NCBI GenBank assembly: GCA_014728035.1
Contig: WJMJ01000075.1
Location: 1-36,322, forward strand
Origin: Promethearchaeota archaeon
GTDB lineage: Archaea; Asgardarchaeota; Thorarchaeia; Thorarchaeales; Thorarchaeaceae
Length of the DNA stretch: 36,322 bases
Reading direction: 5' to 3'
The translations under genes and the position numbers were made by a program. This document shows positions 1-9,731 of this stretch, one piece after another (positions within the stretch are counted from its first letter, which is position 1; every line of letters starts with the position of its first letter). The notes beneath the pieces were generated by a model. That model worked only from the letters and a program-made list of their open reading frames with translations, was not told where the DNA came from and ran no database searches.

Positions 1-177
1 GAAACGGTACTGGAACTGGCTCGGTCCTGGTCAGGGATCCTGTGTCTGTAGACCAAATCTCTATTCCAGATCACTCCATATAAACTCCTATCAGATCTTG
101 TCCAACAATGTCCAAGTTTTCAGTAGCTGATTGCTACCCTTGATATGTCAATATTTTCTGTTCAACGCAATTATGAT

Positions 178-819
178 TTACTTATCGAGTTGTGCTGTCA
201 CGGTACTGAACTGTTCGGGAGTAAGAGCTTTTTCGAGCAATTCTTTATCATAACCTTTTGTTTGCAGAGTTTGTAATATCTTAGAAACTCGTTCGTTCAG
301 ACCTCTAAACATATTCGTTGACAACTGAATTTCTAATGGGATCACGTGTAATTCATACCCGTGGAATTCCACACTCTTGATATATGGATACATTCCTGGC
401 CCATTTTCCCAAATACACCTTTTTTCAGCACTTGATTTCATCGCTTTTTCAGAAACTATGTGTGCAATCTCTACTTTTATTTGATCTATGCTCCATCTTG
501 CCATATACCATTGTTCTCCTTTGTCATCGGATAGGTCGGTAAAAACAGGTTCATTTGAAGATGAGAGCCAATCATCAACTGCTTGACTTGGAGATGATTC
601 AACCTCGTACTCCTTCATCAATCCCGCGACAAATGAAACTCCATCGGGTTCCATAGCTAGAATGTCTATATCATTTGGTTGGATATTGCATCCTTGAAGA
701 TAGGTTGCCATTGAGCCACAAATTACATAGTTGTGCCCTCTGTCTTTTGTTTCAGAATATGTCTTATCAAGAAACATCTTTAGAAGACTTTCAAGCTTGT
801 TTGGTTCCATTTCAATCAA
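178..819 (-). CDS. Pol-beta-superfamily nucleotidyltransferase-like protein
   Basis: 'YVICGSMATYLQG...PNDIDIL' matches the hGS...DxD NTase signature. The start may be the ATG at 810. Confidence 0.7.
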   Translation of the reverse strand: MIEMEPNKLESLLKMFLDKTYSETKDRGHNYVICGSMATYLQGCNIQPNDIDILAMEPDGVSFVAGLMKEYEVESSPSQAVDDWLSSSNEPVFTDLSDDKGEQWYMARWSIDQIKVEIAHIVSEKAMKSSAEKRCIWENGPGMYPYIKSVEFHGYELHVIPLEIQLSTNMFRGLNERVSKILQTLQTKGYDKELLEKALTPEQFSTVTAQLDK

Positions 820-884
820 CTAACAGAATTTCTTTTCATCGATATCAAAAGGTTATCTCTCAAGTTTGATGAGTAGCGTAGAAT

Positions 885-912
885 AAAAGAAAAGAGTGGA
901 ATGACCACTCTT
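885..912 (-). terminator. Intrinsic terminator-like hairpin after tldE
   Basis: Perfect 8-bp inverted repeat AAGAGTGG (892-899) / CCACTCTT (905-912), followed on the minus strand by TTCTTTT, 3 nt after the tldE stop. Confidence 0.65.
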
Positions 913-915
913 GGA

Positions 916-2295
916 TTATTGTGTTGCAGCAGTTATCCTAACATCTGATACTTTGACAGACGGAATGAATGTTGGAACAGGTACTTCCCACCAGTAGATT
1001 TGTTTTCGGTCTTTACCCATTCCAGAGATGCTTTTGAACATTCGAAGGATATTATCACTTATTCTGATATTCTTAATCGGTCTCATCTCTCCATTCTTTA
1101 TGAGAAACATGGCATCACGGGGAATAGTTGAGAAGTCTCCGCTTTGGTAGTTTTGATATCTTGAATACCAGTTAGATGTGACGTAAATAGTGGGTTTATC
1201 ACCCTCCAGCAGCTCTTCTCTAGAATATGCTCCATTATTGAATACGATATTGGAAGAATCTGGAAGTAACATCCTCAGCCCTTGTCCAAGTCCGACAAAC
1301 TCCGAACTACCAGTAGTTTCTGTTTCATACATTCTTGCTGTAGTTGTATTGTGAGTGAAATGCTTGAAAACGCCATTCTCAATAATATCGAGTTTTTGGG
1401 TTGGTGCACCTTCAACATCGAAACTTCTACTTGCCATTCCTCCTTCCATATGCGGATTATCCGTGGCGGTGACAGATTCTGGACCAAGTTGTTGACCGAT
1501 TTTATCTCCTAAGGGAGAAAGTCCAATTAAGACGAGGAATGGATTTGCAGCTCCTGGTAGATATGCAATCACGTTAGCTGCTACCGTTGGATTCATCACC
1601 AAATCGTATGTTCCAGGCTCTCCCTGTGTTGCACCTACAGCTTTCTTAGATAGTTCACCTGCCTCTCTTCCTGCTTTGATCATTTCATTTTCTGCTTTAC
1701 TCGGAATTGTTCCACATGTAATACCTTGTCCGGAATGATCTAATTCATCTTGAAAAGCTCTAACATTCAAATCAAATGACGTACTTCTTGAAGATCCTTC
1801 AAACCCTGAGCTAGTTCTGAGAAATTGGAACTCTTTTCCAAACATGAGAGCTCCTGCAACACGTTTTGCTCCCTCCTCAGTAGCCTTGTCAATTGCTGCA
1901 TTTACCATGCCTGGTGCAATTTCATGATAGTCATCTATTTTACTATCAAAGACTCCTTTGACTTCTCTATGCTTCTTAACTTCCGATTCAATTCCAGCAT
2001 AGAATTGTGACTCTGGCATTCTTTTTGTGAAAGCAATGGTGTCTTCTACGAGGGCTCGCACATCGTCTTCACTTGAAACCGCTCTCTGACTGAATCCGGT
2101 TTTTTCACCATCCACAACCACAAATAATTCCATGGTTTGAGTTTCCCAACGTTTTAGAATGTCTATGGCGCCTTGTGAGAATCGAATTTGAGATCGAGAT
2201 GATAATGAGCCTCTAGCGATTGAAGCATCTGTCTTCTCTTTTGCAAAACTGATTGCAAGATCAGTGTATGTCCTCATGTCATCATTAGTAGACAT
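916..2295 (-). CDS. tldE: TldE/PmbA family protein (non-catalytic partner of TldD)
   Basis: 'SRSFDVEGAPTQKLDIIENG' and 'SGDFSTIPRD' motifs, no HExxxH, 1-bp overlap with the upstream tldD stop. Confidence 0.88.
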   Translation of the reverse strand: MSTNDDMRTYTDLAISFAKEKTDASIARGSLSSRSQIRFSQGAIDILKRWETQTMELFVVVDGEKTGFSQRAVSSEDDVRALVEDTIAFTKRMPESQFYAGIESEVKKHREVKGVFDSKIDDYHEIAPGMVNAAIDKATEEGAKRVAGALMFGKEFQFLRTSSGFEGSSRSTSFDLNVRAFQDELDHSGQGITCGTIPSKAENEMIKAGREAGELSKKAVGATQGEPGTYDLVMNPTVAANVIAYLPGAANPFLVLIGLSPLGDKIGQQLGPESVTATDNPHMEGGMASRSFDVEGAPTQKLDIIENGVFKHFTHNTTTARMYETETTGSSEFVGLGQGLRMLLPDSSNIVFNNGAYSREELLEGDKPTIYVTSNWYSRYQNYQSGDFSTIPRDAMFLIKNGEMRPIKNIRISDNILRMFKSISGMGKDRKQIYWWEVPVPTFIPSVKVSDVRITAATQ

Positions 2296-3722
2296 TAGCC
2301 AACACCTCCCAGTCGAATATTTCTGAATCGAATTTCAGGGCCTCCTGCTTTGACAGGCACTCCCTGCATAGGGTCACTTTTTCCACAGGTGCCTGCAAAG
2401 AACAAGTCCAGATCTTTCGAGAGTGCATCTACTGCTTTCAGCATTCCTACGCTAGTTGTTTCCAGTACAGGTCGTCTTACCATTGTATCTGTTACCTCTC
2501 CATCTTTTATCAAATATGCTTCTACACCCGTGTATTTGCTCTGATATCTTCTATCGTCAATATTCCATTCACTAAAACTCTTCATATACACGCCAATTTT
2601 GATATCTTCAGTCAGCTCATCAAATGAATAATCTCCTGCCTCAAAATAGGTGTTAGACATTCTGATAATGGGTTCTCGACTAAAGGCTGAAGCACGAGCA
2701 GCACCATTTGACCCCAGACCAAACTTCACTCCGAATTCTCTATTCAGTAATGGTTCATGAAGAATTCCATTCTTGATTAGGGTACGCTTTCTCGCTTGAA
2801 CGCCTTCGTCATCGAATAAATAATATCCTGAGCTATTTGGAATTGTTGGATCTTCATGTACAGTGACTTCATCGGACCCCACTCGGGATTTTCCGATTTC
2901 TAAATCTCTCCAAAAACTCTCTCCTGCTTGAGCGCCCTCTCGTCCTTTTATTCGGTCTCCTTCACTTGGATGACCTACATTTTCATGTGCAATAATTCCT
3001 GCCACTTCAGGTCCGACAATCATATCTATTGGGTGTTCTAGAAGCTCGGGTAGTTTTTTAGCTTCATTGGCAGCTCGAATCAATCGGGTAACTTCACTTT
3101 CTAGAATCTCTAGTACTCTTGCATCTTTAATCCGTTCCCACCCACCTACCTCGTTTGCGGTATACATCTTTTGCTCGCTGATACCTTCTCCTGCAGCTGT
3201 CATAATCACAAAGATATTGAGTCGAGAATAATTACTAGTGATATTTGTTCCTTCACTCGTCATAATATGTTTAGTATGCGTAATAGGCGAAATCATGAAA
3301 GTATAACTCGTCAAGTCTGACATGATACTACTCATTTCTGAAGCAAAATCCATGATAGTTTCCGTTGAAACATCTTCTAGAGGTTTTTTCACCTTCACCT
3401 CCCATTTTGCTTCAGTAGAAACAGCTTCACCAAGATCTATTGGTTCTTTTCTTTTCGCTGTCTTAGCCATTTTGAAAGCTTTTTGGATGGTGTCTTCTGC
3501 TATCTTCTTGTCCATTCTATCGAATGATGCAAAACCAATATTCCCTTCAACAAGAACGCGTACACCTATACCTTCTGACGGTTGAACTCCTCCTGATACA
3601 GGTTGTCCATTTCTATAAGCGAAACCTCGGCTTTTTTCTTGAATACACCGAACCTCGACATATTGACTACCGAGTTTGAGACCGTATTCTACGCAATACT
3701 CGAGTAAATCTTTTGCATCCAT
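2295..3722 (-). CDS. tldD: TldD family metalloprotease
   Basis: HExxxH 'HENVGH', 'FDDEGVQAR', 'PIIRMSNTYF' and the C-terminal metal-ligand Cys 'GTCGKSDPMQGVPV'. ATG 3722 (MDAKDLL, upstream GGTGG) is preferred over the ORF-track start at 3788. Confidence 0.92.
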   Translation of the reverse strand: MDAKDLLEYCVEYGLKLGSQYVEVRCIQEKSRGFAYRNGQPVSGGVQPSEGIGVRVLVEGNIGFASFDRMDKKIAEDTIQKAFKMAKTAKRKEPIDLGEAVSTEAKWEVKVKKPLEDVSTETIMDFASEMSSIMSDLTSYTFMISPITHTKHIMTSEGTNITSNYSRLNIFVIMTAAGEGISEQKMYTANEVGGWERIKDARVLEILESEVTRLIRAANEAKKLPELLEHPIDMIVGPEVAGIIAHENVGHPSEGDRIKGREGAQAGESFWRDLEIGKSRVGSDEVTVHEDPTIPNSSGYYLFDDEGVQARKRTLIKNGILHEPLLNREFGVKFGLGSNGAARASAFSREPIIRMSNTYFEAGDYSFDELTEDIKIGVYMKSFSEWNIDDRRYQSKYTGVEAYLIKDGEVTDTMVRRPVLETTSVGMLKAVDALSKDLDLFFAGTCGKSDPMQGVPVKAGGPEIRFRNIRLGGVG

Positions 3723-3862
3723 ATTTAACCACCAATGGTTGAGTAAAATCATTCTATCTGATAAATAGTTCCTAAAGTCTGATGGCACACTGTTTGAAAT
3801 CCGATTCCTAGAAGTCTTAAAATACTGTTTATGCCACTCATATCAATATTAAAGGTGATGAA

Positions 3863-5203
3863 ATGACAATACTAGCGGAAACAAATAGTGAGAAATGGCG
3901 TTCTATTGCTATTTTTCTAATCTTGGACCTTGCTCAAATTATCTTTGTTTCCCTACTTGTAATGGATGAAACCACACCTTTCATCGTTATATTTGATTTG
4001 AACCAGTTTAATCCTGTGAACTTCATTTCCATCTTTCTAGGAATTAGCTTTCTCCAATTCATTTTGATATATGGAACAGCTGCTGGAATGTTAAAAAATC
4101 CTAAAATGACTCAGATCTATCCTCGAACTGAGAAACCAATCACTCGTTGGACATGTAGGTATACTGCGGACCAACTTGTTACATGGACACGAAAAATAGC
4201 TGACAAGACCGAACTTGCAATTAAGCGTATAATGGTTCTCCAATCCCCCCTTCCTAATGCGTTCACTTTTAGTCTACCTGGTTTTGGCTCTACTGTTGTT
4301 ATCCATAGTAACATTACTGACCTTCTGGATGAGGATGAGGTTCAATCTGTTATAGCTCATGAGCTTGGGCATCTTAAAAATCGTGACACGATAATTTCTG
4401 TTTTCTCAAGGATGCCAGGTTTTTATGTTTTTGTAATTTATCTCTATATCTACCTTCGAATCTTACTAGGTTTGCTTAATTCTATCGTAATCGATTTAGA
4501 TATTATTACTGCAGGATTACGCCTTCTTATGTTGGGGTCGTTTCTTCTTCTGACCTTTTTACTTATCACTATCTCAAAATTATTCGTCCAGAAGAGTTCA
4601 CGAAAAGCAGAATTATTAGCTGATTATGCTTCATCTCAGATTGTGGGTCCTCAAACTACTATTAATTCACTAATCCGGCTGGGACAGCGGGTGGAGGCAA
4701 TTACAGCTTTGGTTGATGAGATAAAGTGGTTAGGTTCTATGGACCCGGAAAAAATAACTCCCATGACCGATGAAGAATTAGCGCATATTATCAGTAGCTT
4801 TCCACTGGATGGAATTGATGAAGATAATGCAAGGAATCGTGCACCAGATTTGTTTCTTACAACTAGGTTACGTAGAATGCGTGAAGTATATGGGTTGGCC
4901 ATGACCGATGGGGAAATCGAAAATGCAGTAGATCCCGCAGTTAGAAAACTGCTTGAGAAAAGAAAAACTATGACTTTAGAAACGGAGTCAAAAGATGAAC
5001 CAACAATAGATTGGCGAGATGCGGATATAGATGAAGACACACGATTGTCTGATGAAGAGATTTCTAAACTTATCAAAATGCTCCACCAGAATCCCCAGAA
5101 GATGCTTTTTGATAATGAAGTTGGAGCTAATATCCTGATGCTCGACCATCCTGATTTTCGCAGAAGAATTCTCTTTGTTGCAGAAGCCTGTGATGTTACC
5201 TAA
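3863..5203 (+). CDS. M48 (HtpX/Ste24-like) membrane zinc metallopeptidase with a long soluble insertion
   Basis: 'PNAF', 'AHELGH' (HExxH), 'SRKAELLAD' and C-terminal 'HPDFRRRI'; four hydrophobic segments; AAGGTGA RBS upstream. Confidence 0.85.
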   Translation: MTILAETNSEKWRSIAIFLILDLAQIIFVSLLVMDETTPFIVIFDLNQFNPVNFISIFLGISFLQFILIYGTAAGMLKNPKMTQIYPRTEKPITRWTCRYTADQLVTWTRKIADKTELAIKRIMVLQSPLPNAFTFSLPGFGSTVVIHSNITDLLDEDEVQSVIAHELGHLKNRDTIISVFSRMPGFYVFVIYLYIYLRILLGLLNSIVIDLDIITAGLRLLMLGSFLLLTFLLITISKLFVQKSSRKAELLADYASSQIVGPQTTINSLIRLGQRVEAITALVDEIKWLGSMDPEKITPMTDEELAHIISSFPLDGIDEDNARNRAPDLFLTTRLRRMREVYGLAMTDGEIENAVDPAVRKLLEKRKTMTLETESKDEPTIDWRDADIDEDTRLSDEEISKLIKMLHQNPQKMLFDNEVGANILMLDHPDFRRRILFVAEACDVT

Positions 5204-5208
5204 CCAAA

Positions 5209-6675
5209 TCATTCTCTTTCAGGTGTTATACATACCTCTTCATCAACAGGCTCTTCCCCTTGTTCTGCAGGGCTGAGACCTCGAAATGCTGAGATAATGA
5301 TTCCAATAATTATTAGAAGACTAAATACGAAGATTACAGATTGCACTGCTTGTTCATATCGTAGAGCGTATTCCAATGAGGGATTATCAATTGAAATGGT
5401 TGAGAAGAACCAACCAAATACAGCGGTAATAGCTGCAATGCCAATTGAGAAACCAGTTGTTCTCGAAATATTTGTTAATGCACTAATGACTCCCATGTAC
5501 TTTTTTGGTGCTGATGTCATAATGAAGTTGCCATTTGATACAGTGAATAGCGATAGACCGAATGACATTATGCAAATCGATAGAACCATCATGGGAATAT
5601 TTGCCAGTGTCAATCCGAGAAGAATCAGACCTCCCATTTCAACAAACAACCCAATAATAGTTTGATATTTTGCCTTCATTCTTTCTGAGACCCATCCAGA
5701 AACTGGTCCTGCTACTGAAATGACTAGTGGAAATGAAACCAGGAATATTCCTGTGGCTGATTGCGAAAATTCTAGTGCTTCTTGGAGATAATATGGAATC
5801 AGATAACTTACGGAAACCATTGCCATATACGCAAAAATAGCGGAAAATATGCTTGTAGAGATTCTTCTATCAGCTAACACTTTTGTAGGGATAATTGGTG
5901 AACAGAATACTTGCTCTCGATAAATGAATCCCATAAGTGAAATGATAATAATTATACTATAGACTATAATCAAACTGAGAGAAGTTTCAGTTGCAACTGA
6001 TACTAAATATACCAGTGAAAACAAAAATACGAAGAATAGTGCTGCTCCTACTGTATCAAAAGAGGTTTCAAGAATCTTTTCAGTTTCAGGAATGAGTTTC
6101 TTAACAATGAAGAATCCGACTATTCCTATTGGGATATTGATAAGAAATATCGATTGCCACCCAAAGAACTCGGTTAAAATACCTCCTAAAACTGGTCCCA
6201 ATCCAAGAGCAGCAGCTAGTACAATTGAATTTAGTCCGATTGCTCTTCCTCGGTTTTTTGGAGTAGTATAATATGTGACAAGAGCTAGACCATTTGCTGT
6301 CATCATGCTTGCCCCAACTGCTTGGAGAATTCTTGAACCTACTAGAATGGGAAGCGTTGTTGATAACGCACAAAGTAATGATCCAGTGATGAAAATCAAC
6401 ATTCCAGATTGAAATACTAGTGTCTTTCCAAACCTATCTCCAAACTTTCCCATAAGGGGCATGATTGATGTAATTACAAGGAGATACGCTACAACAATCC
6501 ATTGAGTCTGTGACATTACAACTCCGAGACTGTTCTGTATTGTTACAAGTGACACATTAATGATTGAAGAATCAAGAGCTGATAGAAACACACCAAAACT
6601 GGTAGCAGCAACAATTTTGTATGGACCCGGCATCTCTGATTCGGACTCTATTTGAGATAGGGTCTCTTTTCCCAT
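5209..6675 (-). CDS. MFS drug:H+ antiporter (DHA2, EmrB/QacA-like)
   Basis: 'ALDSSIINVSL', motif A 'GKFGDRFGK', motif C 'GLGPVLGG', 'WQSIFLINIPIG'; about 14 TM segments. Confidence 0.9.
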   Translation of the reverse strand: MGKETLSQIESESEMPGPYKIVAATSFGVFLSALDSSIINVSLVTIQNSLGVVMSQTQWIVVAYLLVITSIMPLMGKFGDRFGKTLVFQSGMLIFITGSLLCALSTTLPILVGSRILQAVGASMMTANGLALVTYYTTPKNRGRAIGLNSIVLAAALGLGPVLGGILTEFFGWQSIFLINIPIGIVGFFIVKKLIPETEKILETSFDTVGAALFFVFLFSLVYLVSVATETSLSLIIVYSIIIIISLMGFIYREQVFCSPIIPTKVLADRRISTSIFSAIFAYMAMVSVSYLIPYYLQEALEFSQSATGIFLVSFPLVISVAGPVSGWVSERMKAKYQTIIGLFVEMGGLILLGLTLANIPMMVLSICIMSFGLSLFTVSNGNFIMTSAPKKYMGVISALTNISRTTGFSIGIAAITAVFGWFFSTISIDNPSLEYALRYEQAVQSVIFVFSLLIIIGIIISAFRGLSPAEQGEEPVDEEVCITPERE

Positions 6676-6803
6676 TTTCTATCCTCTCAATAAACTCAGC
6701 ACTCAAAAACATGATATGAGGTTATGGATATAACTCCAAAAAAAGGAATGGTATAATTTTTAATACCAAAGCATTTTTGAACACTTTCAATTCTTGACAT
6801 TTT

Positions 6804-7622
6804 ATGTCTGACCCAACATCACTTCAGAAACAAATTCGAGAAGAAGTATATGCCAGTATCGATTTATGGAAAGATATTATTGTTGATGAGTTAGGAGATA
6901 AAATCGAATTCATGTTTTCTAAAGGGTCTTGTACGAAGAAATGGGATTCTATTATTGATTATGTCCCATTAGTAAGTGATGTTGACATTCATATGTATAT
7001 GAAAACTTATGAAGATGCGAAACAAGTGGAATCTGATCTTTCATTAGCTATGAAGGTCTCATCAAAATACGCAAAAGAATTCAGCGATGCTTATCCTGAT
7101 GCTTTACATCTACCTCGAATCCAGTTCCTCGTCTTGAATGAATTTGCTAATCATCCTTTGTATTGTCCTCCCAAACCTGAACAAGTTCATCAAATGGTTG
7201 GAAAATGTCCTAGAAAAAGGCAACCTCTTCCAGATAAGATTCGGGAGATTGATAAAACAAACACTTTGGAAGAAGCTTCTTTCCTACAAAAACTCCCAAA
7301 TATGATAATCGATAGGACGGGGTTAGAATTATGGACTTTACTCAGAAGATTTACATATCGTATTTCTCCAGCACCCGTACGCGTTATAACTCAAACTCAC
7401 AAAGATCCAGCTGAAGTATGGACTTGGAACAGAACGAAAATTGTAGAGTATCTAATCGAAAATGATATGCAAGTAATTGCCAAGGAGTATTCTCGTTTCT
7501 ATGAACTCGGTTGGGAACTATTTCAGAATAACTTTGAGGGGATGGAAAGATATCACGAGATGTTTTCAGCTGGAACAAGAGTATTATCATACTCTATTGC
7601 TTGTATGACAGACTCTGAATAA
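6804..7622 (+). CDS. Hypothetical protein with nucleotidyltransferase-like signature
   Basis: 'FSKGSCTK...DYVPLVSDVDIH' fits GS...DxD, followed by a helical C-terminal region; 272 aa. Confidence 0.55.
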   Translation: MSDPTSLQKQIREEVYASIDLWKDIIVDELGDKIEFMFSKGSCTKKWDSIIDYVPLVSDVDIHMYMKTYEDAKQVESDLSLAMKVSSKYAKEFSDAYPDALHLPRIQFLVLNEFANHPLYCPPKPEQVHQMVGKCPRKRQPLPDKIREIDKTNTLEEASFLQKLPNMIIDRTGLELWTLLRRFTYRISPAPVRVITQTHKDPAEVWTWNRTKIVEYLIENDMQVIAKEYSRFYELGWELFQNNFEGMERYHEMFSAGTRVLSYSIACMTDSE

Positions 7623-7628
7623 AGCGAT

Positions 7629-9614
7629 TCAGAAAAGCAGTGGCAGATTTATCTTGAATGTAGATCCATTTTTGGAATCAAGAAGTTCGATGTCACCTCC
7701 ACACGCCCAGATAATTTGCCTTGTTAGGTAGAGTCCTAACCCACCCCCTGTAGTTGAAATACCTCTACTAAAGAGTCTAGGACGAATTTCTTCAGGGATG
7801 CCCGGCCCGTTGTCACTGATTATGATGATGACATCCTCCAAATCTCTGGATATTGAAATGTCTACTTTTGGATCATTCCCACAATATTGGGCACTATTAC
7901 GAAGAATGTTTTCAAATGCCATAGGAAGTAGTGAGCCACCAGCAACCTTGAGATTTTCAGTTTCTGGATAGTCTATTTCAATTTTCATTCCACGATGCGT
8001 CTTTTCAGCTTGCTTGGCTATCTTAGTAAGCATCTTTGATATATTAGCTTCTACTTCTTTGTCCAATTTATCGAAGGACTTGACGAGTTCACTCATTCTT
8101 TCTGCAGCTGCGAATGCAGATTCAATCATTTCGTTTGCAGTACCTGTCAAATCTGATGAGAACATCTTAATAGCTTCTATGTAACCTAACACAACCTGCA
8201 GGTCGTTTCCTACATCGTGCCGAAGTAAACTAGCATACAAGTCAGATTCTCGTCTTCTCTGTTCAGCTAGGTCTTCCATTCTTTTTCGTTCTGTGACATC
8301 AATACAAACAGCAATTGTTCCATTTATTTTTCCATCTGCATCTTTGCTTGGTACAGCTGAAATTCTGAAAATACGAACCTCATTATCTTTCCTAACCATT
8401 TCAATTTCGTATGTAGATGCTTGTTCTTTTTTCCGCTTCTTAGTTTCAAATTGAAGTAGTGAGAGATCTCTTTTAGTGACAATCTCTTTCAGATTCATTG
8501 TAACTAATTCTTCAGGTTCGTATAGTAACATCTCAGAAAGTGCTTTATTTGCAAACACAATTGATTCATCCAAACCAACTACCATTAGTCCTTCAGGAAT
8601 TGTTTCCAAAAGCAGTCTATATTCTTTTTCTCGCCTCTGAATTCTTTCTTCAGCCAGTTTTCTTGCAGTTACATCAATGAAGGTTGCTTGGATGGCAGTT
8701 TCTCCTTCAAATTCAATCCTTCTCGCAAACATTTCGAGATATCGATAAGTTCCATCTTTGTTCAATGCACGAACCATATAATATGGTGAAACTTTCTCCC
8801 CTCGTAGACTTTTCCTAAATCTTCCAAAGAAATCTACTCTTTGTTCTGGATCTACAAGATTGATTATTTCTTCAGGAGAAAGATTGAGAAGCTCATCATG
8901 AGAAAAACCCAGTGTTTTTGAGATAGATGGATTCGCAAAGATGAAAGATGGAGCTGGGCCCTTTATTACAACTATACCTTGAGATGATTGTAATACTAGA
9001 TTTCGATATCTCTCTTCGGATTTTGTAAGAGCGATTTCACTTGTCTTTCTATCGTATGCTTGAATGAATGGGACTGTTAGGGTCTGGATATCTACAACAT
9101 CATGGCCATTAAATTCTCTTTTGCCATCTGCAAACGCAAAAAAACCGAATATGTTTCCAGATCTCTTTATTGGAATCGCAATGAAATTAGTGAGGTTTAT
9201 CGGAGCGGACTTCTTAATCTTTTTTGGAAGCATATCTTGTAAATCGTTATGAATCACGGATACTCCTTCAGTCCTAACTGGCCGTATTGGTTTTGTGATT
9301 TTGTGAAAATCTCCAAGTTTCATTTCATTCAAGAATGAAGACGCGAAACCAGGATTTGATTGATATAGGATTTTGATTTCATCCTTTCGATAGAATTCTG
9401 CAAAGAGACCATATTCACATTCAAGCAAATCAATAATAATTGTGGTTCCTAAGGCTGCAACATCCTCGAGATTTTTACAATCCTTAGCTTCAATAAGGAT
9501 ATGATTAATGGCATCAAGCAATGTGTTTCTTCGCTGGAGCTGGATGGTTGTACTTGTATCTTCACCATCTTTTGAAACCTGTTCCTCATTGTCTTTCATA
9601 GTCTGCTCTGGCAT
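7629..9614 (-). CDS. GAF + 2xPAS sensor histidine kinase (HK1)
   Basis: H-box 'LLRHDVGNDLQ', N-box 'ENILRNSAQY', G1 'SDNGPGI', G2 'GGGLGL'; PAS ends 'DVTARK' and 'DVTERK'; GAF 'FIAIPIK'. Confidence 0.92.
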   Translation of the reverse strand: MPEQTMKDNEEQVSKDGEDTSTTIQLQRRNTLLDAINHILIEAKDCKNLEDVAALGTTIIIDLLECEYGLFAEFYRKDEIKILYQSNPGFASSFLNEMKLGDFHKITKPIRPVRTEGVSVIHNDLQDMLPKKIKKSAPINLTNFIAIPIKRSGNIFGFFAFADGKREFNGHDVVDIQTLTVPFIQAYDRKTSEIALTKSEERYRNLVLQSSQGIVVIKGPAPSFIFANPSISKTLGFSHDELLNLSPEEIINLVDPEQRVDFFGRFRKSLRGEKVSPYYMVRALNKDGTYRYLEMFARRIEFEGETAIQATFIDVTARKLAEERIQRREKEYRLLLETIPEGLMVVGLDESIVFANKALSEMLLYEPEELVTMNLKEIVTKRDLSLLQFETKKRKKEQASTYEIEMVRKDNEVRIFRISAVPSKDADGKINGTIAVCIDVTERKRMEDLAEQRRRESDLYASLLRHDVGNDLQVVLGYIEAIKMFSSDLTGTANEMIESAFAAAERMSELVKSFDKLDKEVEANISKMLTKIAKQAEKTHRGMKIEIDYPETENLKVAGGSLLPMAFENILRNSAQYCGNDPKVDISISRDLEDVIIIISDNGPGIPEEIRPRLFSRGISTTGGGLGLYLTRQIIWACGGDIELLDSKNGSTFKINLPLLF

Positions 9615-9731
9615 TAGCTAGTCCCCAGCTGAGAGTGTCTTGCAGATTTTTTGTAGAGATATTGTGCAATTTTTCCCATGTATCTATCAGTTCATCGCAT
9701 ACTACTCTTTTCAATAAATATCCGACGAATA

